Both the position numbers and the translations under genes were made by a program. A DNA stretch of 44,758 nt, from positions 1 through 44,758 of the forward strand of contig CAZMRX010000003.1 of NCBI GenBank assembly GCA_964568755.1, written 5' to 3'. Within the stretch, counting starts at the first letter, position 1, and each line of letters opens with the position of its first letter. This document shows, one piece after another, positions 16,901 to 23,991 of this stretch. This DNA is from an uncultured Acidobacteriota bacterium. Its GTDB lineage: Bacteria; Acidobacteriota; Vicinamibacteria; Fen-336. The notes under the pieces are model-generated. The model searched no databases. It had not been told where the DNA came from and saw only the letters and a list, made by a program, of their open reading frames with translations.

Positions 16901-19900
16901 AGGCCAAGGAGCGCATGCACGCGCTCTACGAGGAGTGGCAGAACATCCAGCGCAGCGAAGGAGCGCGGTCCGTCGAAGATCAGGCGCGCAGCGACCAGCT
17001 CGAAGCGCAGCAGCGCGAGGTCTACGGGGAGGTTTGGGCGCGGGCCCTTGAAGCCACGCGGGCGAGCTCGACCACTACGAGGTCGCGGAAGGCTTCCTCG
17101 GAGATGGGCACGCCGTCCGAATCGACGGTCGAGCAATCAAAGCGCCGGCCGTCCTCGGAATCCCAGGCCGTGCAGACGGAGGACGCAGACCTCGACACGG
17201 GGAGGTCGTTGCAGTCCCAGAAGGTCGTCCCGGGCGGAAATGAAGAGGGGAGAGGCATCAGCAGTAGCCTAGCCGATGCATCGGCTGTAGCGAAGGAGAA
17301 AAACAAGGGAAAACCAGTAGAAATCCAGGCGCGACTCGGGCGCCAGGCCACGGTCGAGCTCGCGGACGGAGACTCCCTGCCGGTCACCTACGCCCTGGTC
17401 GAGGCGGAAGCCCTTGTCCCGAGCCACGACGCGCGCCGCGGCTTCGCCCCGAACGAGGGCGGCGACCTGAACGAGCGCCCTTACAACGATCCCGTCGAGG
17501 GCGCCCCCATGCGCGAGACCGTGCGCGGGATCGCGGACCGGCCCAAGGTCTCGCTGCTCACGACCGACACGCCTTCGCCGGTGGACGGCCCCCCGATCGT
17601 GACCACGACCGGCGTGGTGCTGGGCGGGAACGCCCGGACCATGGGGATGCAGCTCGCCTACTCCCGCGCGGACGCCCCCGCAGCGGCCCTGCGCGCGGGC
17701 ATGGTCGAGGCGGCGGCCCGGTTCGGCATCGACCCCCAGGGGATGGCAAACCCCGTCCTGGTGCGCGTGGTGGAGGCTGGACGCGAGGGCAAGCGCGGCG
17801 AGCTGTCGCGGGTCCTCAACGAGTCGCTGACCACCGGCAAGGGCGCCACGACCGAAGCGGTCTCGCGCGGGCAGAAGGTCACGCCCGAGGTGGCCACCCA
17901 GGTCGCGCGGCTGCTCGGCGACGGGACCCTGCGCGAGGCCCTCGGCGAGGCCAGCAAGGCGAACCAGGTGGCGCGGCTGATGATCCAGGCCGGCGCGCTG
18001 ACACAGCGCGACCTGGCGGAGCTCTTCAACCCGACCACCGGGATTCCGACCGCGGCCGGCAAGCAGGTGATCGAGGACGCGCTGCTCGGCTCGGTGATCC
18101 AGGACGTGCGCACCCTCTCGGAGACGCCGCCCTCCACGCGCAACGTCCTGCTGCGCTCCCTACCGTCGCTGGTGACGCTGCGCGGGCGCGTGGTGGGCTT
18201 CGACACGACCATGCGCAACGTGGCCCAGGGCGCGGCTGAGGTGGCGCAGACGGGCGCCCCGCTCAAGGACGTGCTCGGCCAGCAGGTCATGCCGGGGATC
18301 GACGTTGGCTGGAAGGGCGACGAGCTCGCGGTGGGGATCCTGCGCTCGATCCTGAGCGAGAAGCCCACGCGCATCTCCGAGCGCTTCGCCGGGCTCGCGC
18401 AGCGCGCGCGCGACATGGCGGCGGGCCAGGCGTCCTTCATCCCCGAGGATAACCTGCCGATCCGCCAGCAGCTCGAGAGCGAGTTCCGCTTCGCGCTGGC
18501 CAAGGGGGCCCGCACGCGCCCGCTCATCGAGCGGCTCGAGCGCGCCGAGACCGCAGGCGTCGGCGTGCTGGTAAGGCCCTCAAGCCCGGCCGAGCGCGCC
18601 TTCCTCGAGCACGCGGAGGAAGCCGGGCTCGCCGTGCAGGTGAAGGGCGGCGCGTGGCGCCTCGAGGCGGCGGACGTGCCCTGGGCCCTGGGCCTCGACC
18701 GAATCGAGCGCATCCTGCGCGCCAAGCGCGCGCGTGGGGTAGAGTTCGTCCATGCCCCAGGATCCCAAGCGCCGACCCTCGAAAGGCTACGCGGCGGGCC
18801 CCTCGCCCGAAGAACTGCGCGTGGACCCGCGGCATCGCCCGGTCTCGGTCTCGCGCATCAGCCGCCCGCGGCCCTCCGCACCTTCATCCAAGAAACGGTA
18901 GTCTGCGAGGGCCCCGAGCTCGCCATCGAGCCGGGGCACATCCACTCGACCCTGCCGGCGGACTACAGCGAGCCGACGGTGCCCCCGTTTGCGCTCGCTG
19001 GCCAGCGCCTCGGTCCCGACGAGATCCTCGCGCGCGTTCCGGCGTCGCCGATCATGGAACGCCTGTTCGTGGTGCAGGTCGCCAGGGACAGCACGGTGTT
19101 GTCGAGCTCGATCTTCAGCGTGGGATCCACAGCCGCGGCGCTCGTGCCGTCCACGCGCGAGCAGATGGAAGCGATGCTCGTCCCTCCGATGTCGGGCGAT
19201 CGGGTGATGTTCATCCACAACCACCCGAGCGGGGACCCGACCGTGAGCGTCGAAGACAGCATCTCGACCAACACGATGCGCCGAGCGGTGGACGCTTGGG
19301 CCCGCAGCGTCTCGGTGCCTTCGTACTTCGCGGTGGTCGGCAAAGACGCGGCGAACCACTACACGCGCACGCAAACGGTGCCCGCGACGGTCAAGACGCT
19401 CTACCCGCTCGAGCGCTTCCGTAGGCTTCTGTTCCCGCGCGGCCCCGAGCAGCTGCGGGCCATCGCGCAGCGTATCACACCGACCAACTCGAAGGCTGTC
19501 CTCGGCATCATGTTCACGGGCGACCAGCTGCGCGCCGTTGTGGCGTGGGACCGGATCCCGTCCACCGATCAGCTCCACGAGCTGATGATGGCCTACGGAG
19601 GGCACGACCTGTTCCTTGGGTCGCACGACGAAGAGACCGCGGGCCTCCTCTGGGAAACGCAGCTCCCGCCCTACGTGCGCGACGTGTTCACGCCCCAGGG
19701 CTACAGCGGGCCGCGGCGGAGCACGGGAGAACACCTCCACGACGTGCTGCTCGAATACGATCCGCGCGCTGATGCGGTGCGCTCGACGGCCAAGGCCGGC
19801 GTGCCCAAGAAGGGTGACACGCCGGGCCAGGCGATCATGTTCTCGCTGGGCTCCTCCTGGCGCCGCCAGTGGACATCCGAGGGGAACCTCCCGCGCCCCT

Positions 19901-22377
19901 TCTTCGACGCGAAGATCGCACGGGACGGCTGGATCAACGCCCACTTGCAGCGCTCCCGCGACCTCGACGTGGACCTGCGCCGGGCGATCAAGGCCGCATG
20001 GGGCCGCCCCACGCCCGCCCAGGTCGAGCAGATCGACCAGGCGTTCAAGTCGCGCGTGCAGCTCGCGGCCCTGCCGGAGGAACTCCGCGATCCCGTGCGC
20101 GCCATGCGCGAGCACGTCAAGGAGCTCTCGATGCACCTCATCGACAGCGGTGCGATCGAGGGCGAGCTCGTGCCCACGGTGCTCGCCAACCTCGACTTCT
20201 ACGCGACGCGCAGCTACCGCGTGTTCGACGACCCCAAGTGGGCCGAGCGCGTGCCTCTCGAGGTGCGCAACCGGGCGAAGGCCCTGCTGCGGATGTCGCG
20301 GCCGAAGGACACGGACAACCAGATCGAGCGCTACATCAACGCCCTGCTATACGAGGGCAAGGCCGCGCAGAACCCCATCGCCGTGCTCGCGCGCGGCGGC
20401 AAGCTGGGCTCGAAGGACCTGTCGATCACGAAGCGCCGCGAGGCGATCGCGCCCGAAATCCGCGCCCTGTTCGGCGAGTACACCGATGCGCGCGTCAACT
20501 ACGCCCGCTCGGTGGCCAAGATGGCTTTCCTCGTGGGAAACCACCAGTTCCTCGGCGAGGTCAAGGCCAAGGGCCTCGGGAAGTTCATCTGGCAGAAGGA
20601 CGACCCCAACGTCCCACCGGAGGCGAAGGCGACGCTCGCGGCCGACGAGACCAGCGTGCTCTTCCCGCTCAACGGGCTGGTGACCACGACCGACGTGGAT
20701 CAGGCGTTCCGCGACCACGCCGAGCGCGAGCAACTCCCGGCCTGGGCGCAGGCGTGGCTCACGCTCAACGCCGTGGCCAAGTACGGCAAAACCGTCGGGT
20801 CGGTGATGACCCAACTGCGCAACTGGACCGGCAACGTGCCCTTCGCCATGGCGCAGGGCCACTGGCGTGCGCATCGGCTGGTGGACGGGGTGCGCGCCGT
20901 GGCGACCACCTTCCACCGGATGAACGACCAGACCTGGCGCGACTACTACCGGAACGCTCTCCGCATGGGGGTGATCCACGAGAGCGCGAACGCGGGCGAG
21001 CTCCGAGCGGTGCTCGAGGACGTGTGGAGCGGGAGCCAGTCCATCGCACACCCGGAGAGTGCGCGCGGGCGCGTGCGCCGCGGCCTCGAGTTCCTCACGC
21101 GCGTGTACTCCGCGGGCGACGACTTCTGGAAGGTCTACGCCTGGGAGAACGAGAAGGCGCGCTACCGCAAGGCCGGCGTCTTCGCGTCCGAGGCTGAGCT
21201 CGAGCGCGAGACCGCGCGCATGGTCCGCAACACGTACCCGACCTACTCGCTCGTGCCCCGCGCCGTGCGCAAGCTGCGACGCTTCCCGCTGCTCGGCACC
21301 TTCGTCTCCTTCCCCTGGGAGGTCATGCGCACGACCAAGAACACGCTGGCGCTGATGGCGAGCGAGCTCAAGAGCTCCAACCGGCGCGTGCGGTTCATCG
21401 GCGCGCAGCGACTCGTGGGCTCCCTGGCGGCGGCCTCCTGGTCGGGCCTGCTGGCGACCTACGCGCGCCACCTGCTCGGCATGACGGACGACGAGGACGA
21501 GGAGGCGCGCGAGCTGCTCCCGGTGTGGAACAAGAACTCGGACATCCTCTGGCTCGGCCGCGACGAGAAGGGCAACCGGACCTTCGTGGACCTGTCCTAC
21601 ACGGACCCGTACAAGTACCTCAAGACCCCGCTGATGGCGCTCTTGCGCGGCGAGGACTGGCAGGAGAAGCTGACGCGCAGCGTGGGCGCGCTGCTCGAGC
21701 CCTTCATGTCCGAGGAGCTGGCGACCAAGGCGGCCATCGACCTCGCGCGCAACGCGACCAGCGAGGGCCGGCGCATCTGGAACCCGGCCGCGCCGCCCGA
21801 GGACCAGCTCGCGGACGTGGTGGCTCACATCGGCAAGGCGCTCGAACCGGGCACGCTCACGAGCCTGCGGCGGATCTACCTCGGCACGCAGGGCAAGGTG
21901 GTCGGGACGAAGGCGTACGACCCCCGCATCGAGACTCTGGCGATGACCACGGGCGTGCGCGTCTCCTCGCTCGACCTGGCGCAGGGGGTCTCCTACAAGG
22001 CGCGTGACTTCGAAGCCGCGTGGGGTGACGCCACGCGCATGCTGACGGGCGTGGTCGGGCACCGTGGCCAGGTGTCCGACGCCGAGGTCGAGGAGGCGTA
22101 CCGCGACTCCGAGCTCGTGCGCAGGAAGGCGTGGGATCGGCTCCAGAAGGCAATCAGCGCCGCGCGCGCCCTCGGGCTCGTGGATCGTGAGCTCCTCGCG
22201 CGCCTGGAACCAAACCTTGGGAAGGCGCGCGCGCTCGAAGCACTGCGCGGCAGGTACGCCGGCTACAGCCCCAGCTCCTCGTTCCTCTCGATCCAGTCTC
22301 GCGGCGCCAGCGCGTCCGAGCGGCGCGAGTTCTTGCGTCGCGGCCACTTGGTTCGCAGGTTGGCTCTATCCCGATGA
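13960..22377 (+). CDS. Giant multi-domain ('polyvalent') internal virion / ejection protein (2805 aa), gp16-position
   Basis: Single open frame of 8.4 kb with strong third-position G/C, except across ~15.69-16.10 kb and, more weakly, 18.75-18.90 kb. The N-terminal ~290 aa contain Gly/Ala-rich hydrophobic segments (GIGGTAALLTTVGVPPVASVAALGSML; AFAAFVAGGAIG; LPPVVAGGLLSAVASAG). Behind them lie HExxH, RelA/SpoT-like, ParB-like and RadC/JAB modules and a ~850-aa C-terminal region. Confidence 0.8.
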   Translation: MADEKKLRVLRPKGLGDKALDVAKGFAAGLTQLPEGVAGAAEAAGEQTSRALEGPSNLRVLRPGPSVSFPGSRLVGAGARRAAGVAGGVRRAVGEFTQENLAGEGLAYQTGQGLGSSVGIGGTAALLTTVGVPPVASVAALGSMLEASSAYREVLRTAKDPKSEAAQDAAFAAFVAGGAIGTTEAVPLAGQVGRFLGRADRATGGALRKALISAGAEATEELVQENVQNVLSDVAARYVSKHDQERDVLGGLLQRWQSGEAWLPPVVAGGLLSAVASAGEHRRSTTSVAGSRTGMTGPEGPASEGVAPSSTTSQRTTTERPASDQHGSRVDALGSILPVEPARPASENARRVAARFIGEQGAQGAVVPPRTTHQRRAAEFFRQRGAEAVFIESQSGELAAPAGYSSGVAVFDANLPGEQLERRLVLHEAQHHLRALVAKDEETFAGLAAELEGGLRTLDPQGMKKIEARVREQYAARGLDEAGVADEVVSNYLEEFGALLFEGARFEQALAQPGLGRRLVDAVLRLIKKAGIKIETLTERRLRKLRDQLAETDIEKGADPATIPAIARTVRKVFDELAQRAVPRETSQQLDAPITSPPAEAAGPTLLEVPPGPEAGDQRDVLGLRQREQPGVAPGAPLDVPAARGPQGPRVPGDRGGARGVRTPRGALPGSDAASGAAPRARARGAAVVLPAAPHAAPERVARPAGRAAARPAELKTPAAGVRSAPSGDRRGKTEAAGASSAEVEVATFDEYAAKRGVPSSAPSFPEAHRAPGGVSKASAKAMAGRIAKASAAWQAQRASMLREYKAAVKAGTVRAPSRAERLTETARGEGPAAEAARRLLERQRHTQALKALRGRLAEAKKFEPKYNQALRQIARKVGTSHPPALPGLKKLKRALAKVMSDYAGDATRIRDLVRGTVVVDTIEQAERAVALLRKRFGAPVKFRDFSMPIPGTGYRDIFMQFERAGGLAFEVQVNVPAMLEAKERMHALYEEWQNIQRSEGARSVEDQARSDQLEAQQREVYGEVWARALEATRASSTTTRSRKASSEMGTPSESTVEQSKRRPSSESQAVQTEDADLDTGRSLQSQKVVPGGNEEGRGISSSLADASAVAKEKNKGKPVEIQARLGRQATVELADGDSLPVTYALVEAEALVPSHDARRGFAPNEGGDLNERPYNDPVEGAPMRETVRGIADRPKVSLLTTDTPSPVDGPPIVTTTGVVLGGNARTMGMQLAYSRADAPAAALRAGMVEAAARFGIDPQGMANPVLVRVVEAGREGKRGELSRVLNESLTTGKGATTEAVSRGQKVTPEVATQVARLLGDGTLREALGEASKANQVARLMIQAGALTQRDLAELFNPTTGIPTAAGKQVIEDALLGSVIQDVRTLSETPPSTRNVLLRSLPSLVTLRGRVVGFDTTMRNVAQGAAEVAQTGAPLKDVLGQQVMPGIDVGWKGDELAVGILRSILSEKPTRISERFAGLAQRARDMAAGQASFIPEDNLPIRQQLESEFRFALAKGARTRPLIERLERAETAGVGVLVRPSSPAERAFLEHAEEAGLAVQVKGGAWRLEAADVPWALGLDRIERILRAKRARGVEFVHAPGSQAPTLERLRGGPLARRTARGPAASPGLGLAHQPPAALRTFIQETVVCEGPELAIEPGHIHSTLPADYSEPTVPPFALAGQRLGPDEILARVPASPIMERLFVVQVARDSTVLSSSIFSVGSTAAALVPSTREQMEAMLVPPMSGDRVMFIHNHPSGDPTVSVEDSISTNTMRRAVDAWARSVSVPSYFAVVGKDAANHYTRTQTVPATVKTLYPLERFRRLLFPRGPEQLRAIAQRITPTNSKAVLGIMFTGDQLRAVVAWDRIPSTDQLHELMMAYGGHDLFLGSHDEETAGLLWETQLPPYVRDVFTPQGYSGPRRSTGEHLHDVLLEYDPRADAVRSTAKAGVPKKGDTPGQAIMFSLGSSWRRQWTSEGNLPRPFFDAKIARDGWINAHLQRSRDLDVDLRRAIKAAWGRPTPAQVEQIDQAFKSRVQLAALPEELRDPVRAMREHVKELSMHLIDSGAIEGELVPTVLANLDFYATRSYRVFDDPKWAERVPLEVRNRAKALLRMSRPKDTDNQIERYINALLYEGKAAQNPIAVLARGGKLGSKDLSITKRREAIAPEIRALFGEYTDARVNYARSVAKMAFLVGNHQFLGEVKAKGLGKFIWQKDDPNVPPEAKATLAADETSVLFPLNGLVTTTDVDQAFRDHAEREQLPAWAQAWLTLNAVAKYGKTVGSVMTQLRNWTGNVPFAMAQGHWRAHRLVDGVRAVATTFHRMNDQTWRDYYRNALRMGVIHESANAGELRAVLEDVWSGSQSIAHPESARGRVRRGLEFLTRVYSAGDDFWKVYAWENEKARYRKAGVFASEAELERETARMVRNTYPTYSLVPRAVRKLRRFPLLGTFVSFPWEVMRTTKNTLALMASELKSSNRRVRFIGAQRLVGSLAAASWSGLLATYARHLLGMTDDEDEEARELLPVWNKNSDILWLGRDEKGNRTFVDLSYTDPYKYLKTPLMALLRGEDWQEKLTRSVGALLEPFMSEELATKAAIDLARNATSEGRRIWNPAAPPEDQLADVVAHIGKALEPGTLTSLRRIYLGTQGKVVGTKAYDPRIETLAMTTGVRVSSLDLAQGVSYKARDFEAAWGDATRMLTGVVGHRGQVSDAEVEEAYRDSELVRRKAWDRLQKAISAARALGLVDRELLARLEPNLGKARALEALRGRYAGYSPSSSFLSIQSRGASASERREFLRRGHLVRRLALSR
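15082..15489 (+). other. Possible zincin-like metallopeptidase module (HExxH at 15238-15252)
   Basis: The motif VLHEAQHHL (H427-E-A-Q-H431) lies in a helical context. This is a motif-only call; a short HExxH can occur by chance. Confidence 0.3.
15689..16105 (+). CDS. Nested +1-frame ORF encoding a Cys-rich zinc-ribbon protein (up to 138 aa; alternative ATG at 15818 gives 95 aa)
   Basis: Between ~15.78 and 16.10 kb nearly every third position of this frame is G/C (4 exceptions in the last 96 codons by my count). Over the same span the giant-ORF frame drops to roughly 60% and encodes Pro/Gly/Arg-rich low-complexity sequence. The product contains CSRC-x11-CSDC plus further C/H pairs (ECGH.., FCPQH). 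Start codon uncertain (TTG 15689, GTG 15710, TTG 15728 or ATG 15818). Confidence 0.6.
   Translation: MHSGPFHVKLRNNLTRRSPVRRPKPQARLCSRCRRAPKRGTSGMCSDCVNANSREWRRAHLWTYLPLEGLKVRGCQGIGAARAECGHPAVLYLDPTLRQGRRRVRVRVVPRWFCPQHLMLHLSESLGRLAEPLLDRPS
16612..16944 (+). other. RelA/SpoT-homologue (small alarmone synthetase / toxSAS-like) nucleotidyltransferase domain
   Basis: Residues ~885-995 read LPGLKKLKRALAKV..IRDLVRGTVVVD..PGTGYRDIFMQF..LAFEVQVNVP..RMHALYEE. This reproduces, in order and spacing, the basic patch, the D-x-x-[GR]-x-x-V strand, the G-Y-R-x-x motif, the E-[IV]-Q-[IV] motif and the H-x-x-Y-[KE] motif of RSH synthetase domains. Confidence 0.6.
17362..17784 (+). other. ParB/sulfiredoxin-like domain (tentative)
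   Basis: The segment ..YALVEAEALVPSHD..NERPYND..IADRPKVSLL..DGPPIVTTTGVVLGGNARTMGMQLAY.. resembles the ParB-nuclease core, with GGNAR in place of the usual GxHR. Confidence 0.3.
19027..19359 (+). other. RadC-like JAB/MPN domain
   Basis: Contains the classic RadC signature FIHNHPSGDPTVSVEDSISTNTMRRA (HNHPSG at 19216 onward). Confidence 0.8.
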
Positions 22378-22673
22378 ATGGAAGGCACGGCATGTCCGAT
22401 CGCTCGATTGACCTCTGGAAGATGGTAGGCACGGGCCTCTTCGGCGCGTGTCTCTCCGGCGTGGTGTTCTTCGTGCGCGAGGGCAATACCCACGCGACGC
22501 ACGACGAGCTGCGCGCCGCCTTGATCGAGGCCAAGGACTTTGCCGAGAAGGCGGGCCCCTACGTGCGCGACAAGGGAACGCTGTTCACCCGGCTGGATTC
22601 GATCGACGCGAACCTCGCGGACATCAAGGCGAAGCTCGACCGAGGAGAGCGCGCCGACCGGGGGGAGCGATGA
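22374..22673 (+). CDS. Membrane protein with one N-terminal TM helix and a coiled-coil tail (99 aa); holin- or i-spanin-like
   Basis: ATG overlaps the giant-gene stop (ATGA). The TM segment is MVGTGLFGACLSGVVFFV, followed by a charged helical region (..LADIKAKLDRGE..). Confidence 0.5.
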   Translation: MNGRHGMSDRSIDLWKMVGTGLFGACLSGVVFFVREGNTHATHDELRAALIEAKDFAEKAGPYVRDKGTLFTRLDSIDANLADIKAKLDRGERADRGER

Positions 22674-22870
22674 ACCTCCGCGGGGTTGAGGCGCTCTTCG
22701 CCAGCCGCAAGGGGACCGTGTTCGGCGGAACCTCAGCGATCGTGCTCGGCCTGATGGGGGACGGCGCCCTGCCGGTCCCTCTCGGGTCCAAGATGCTCGT
22801 CTTGTTGGCGTGCGTCCACATGCTTGGGCAGGGCATTGCGGACTTCGGTAGAGGTCCAGAGAGACAGTGA
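22670..22870 (+). CDS. Small two-TM membrane protein (66 aa); holin-like
   Basis: The ATG at 22670 (ATGA overlap) lies inside track ORF 22448-22870. Hydrophobic segments: GGTSAIVLGLMG and MLVLLACVHMLG. Confidence 0.5.
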   Translation: MNLRGVEALFASRKGTVFGGTSAIVLGLMGDGALPVPLGSKMLVLLACVHMLGQGIADFGRGPERQ

Positions 22871-23322
22871 TGGGAAACAGAATCCGAATCCTGGCGGCAT
22901 GCCTCGCGCTCGCGGGCTGCTCAGGGCCTGGAAACCACGATGTTGATGTCGAGTTCATCCACGGGATCGTGGCCGACACGAAGATCGCGGTGGAGCAGAC
23001 GGCGCTCGCGCTCGTCCCGGACGACCCGAAGCTGGCGGCCCGGCTCGGCGAGCTCGTGGTCAAGCTCGATTTGGTCGAGACGCAACTCGCCAACGCGATT
23101 GCCACCGGGGGCTCCCCGCAGGACGCCGTGGCCGCGATCGACACGGCGCTGGGCATGACGGCTTCGCTGGCCGAATTCTTCTCGATGGACCCCGCCAAGC
23201 AGGCCCGCGTTCGAGCTCTCGCCTACCTCGCGCAGGGGGCGCTGCGGATCATCCGCCGCCGCGTTGCGGATGACGGACAGCCAGCGGGAGGTTCTCCACC
23301 GGGGTCAACCCCTCCGGGCTGA
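22867..23322 (+). CDS. Lipoprotein (151 aa); o-spanin-like or exclusion lipoprotein
   Basis: The signal peptide carries a lipobox (ILAACLALAG-C). The start overlaps the previous stop. The 3' end overlaps the convergent gene 23249-23746 by 74 nt, and its third-position G/C decays there. Confidence 0.6.
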   Translation: MMGNRIRILAACLALAGCSGPGNHDVDVEFIHGIVADTKIAVEQTALALVPDDPKLAARLGELVVKLDLVETQLANAIATGGSPQDAVAAIDTALGMTASLAEFFSMDPAKQARVRALAYLAQGALRIIRRRVADDGQPAGGSPPGSTPPG

Positions 23323-23746
23323 GCACGTCGGGGGCCAGGTCCTCGGGCCGAACCTGGTCCCCGTCCACCACCGGGATCTTGTCCCACGCCTTCGCCTTCT
23401 GGTCGGCTCGGTAGCGGCCCTCGCATTCGGGCGGCAGGCCGTCGTAGGTGTAGCCCGCGCGCCGCGCGAACGCTTCGGCCTCGGCGCGGCCCTTGAACTT
23501 CGGTTGCCCGTAGAAAGGGCTCGAGGGGTCTTGCTCGTAGCGTGGTGCTCCGGGCGCCCACGCCGGCAGGGACACCGAGACGAAGGGTTCGACCGTGCGC
23601 TTGGCCACGGCCAGGTGGTCCGAGATGACGCGCACGCACGGAACGCCGTCGAGCTCCACCGTCTCCCCCAGGTGCGGCGCCTGGCCGAAGGGGTAGTCGC
23701 GCTCGACCAGCGACCCGTCGGGGGACTCGAACTGATACGTGGGCAA
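23249..23746 (-). CDS. Hypothetical protein (165 aa), last gene of the leftward block
   Basis: ATG ORF (MPTYQFESPDGS...) with good third-position G/C through its 3' end. Confidence 0.65.
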   Translation of the reverse strand: MPTYQFESPDGSLVERDYPFGQAPHLGETVELDGVPCVRVISDHLAVAKRTVEPFVSVSLPAWAPGAPRYEQDPSSPFYGQPKFKGRAEAEAFARRAGYTYDGLPPECEGRYRADQKAKAWDKIPVVDGDQVRPEDLAPDVLSPEGLTPVENLPLAVRHPQRGGG

Positions 23747-23766
23747 CCTCTAGCTCCAGTCGAGGC

Positions 23767-23952
23767 TCACGCCTCGCACTCCGAGAGGCGCTTCCGCAGG
23801 CGCTCGACGCGCCGCACGCGCCGGAGCTCGGCCATGTCCTGGCGCCACTCGTTGGCGAGGCGCAGCAGGTTCCAGGTGGCGTAGCTCACGGCCACGAAGG
23901 CGACCGCGAGCAGCTGGCCGACGAAGGATTCGAGGATGCGGGTGGTGGTCAT
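23767..23952 (-). CDS. Small membrane protein (61 aa)
   Basis: ATG ORF with a single TM helix (FVGQLLAVAFVAVSYATW) and a basic tail. Very high third-position G/C. Confidence 0.65.
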   Translation of the reverse strand: MTTTRILESFVGQLLAVAFVAVSYATWNLLRLANEWRQDMAELRRVRRVERLRKRLSECEA

Positions 23953-23991
23953 GGGAGTGGGGGGGGGTCGAGGGGCGGTGTCCAGATAAGC

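Noticed and set aside
17022-17387. Antisense 121-aa ORF inside the giant gene with fairly protein-like composition and high third-position G/C.
   Set aside because: Its third codon positions coincide with the third positions of the sense frame, so the bias is inherited. The sense frame remains well biased here, and there is no start context or motif.
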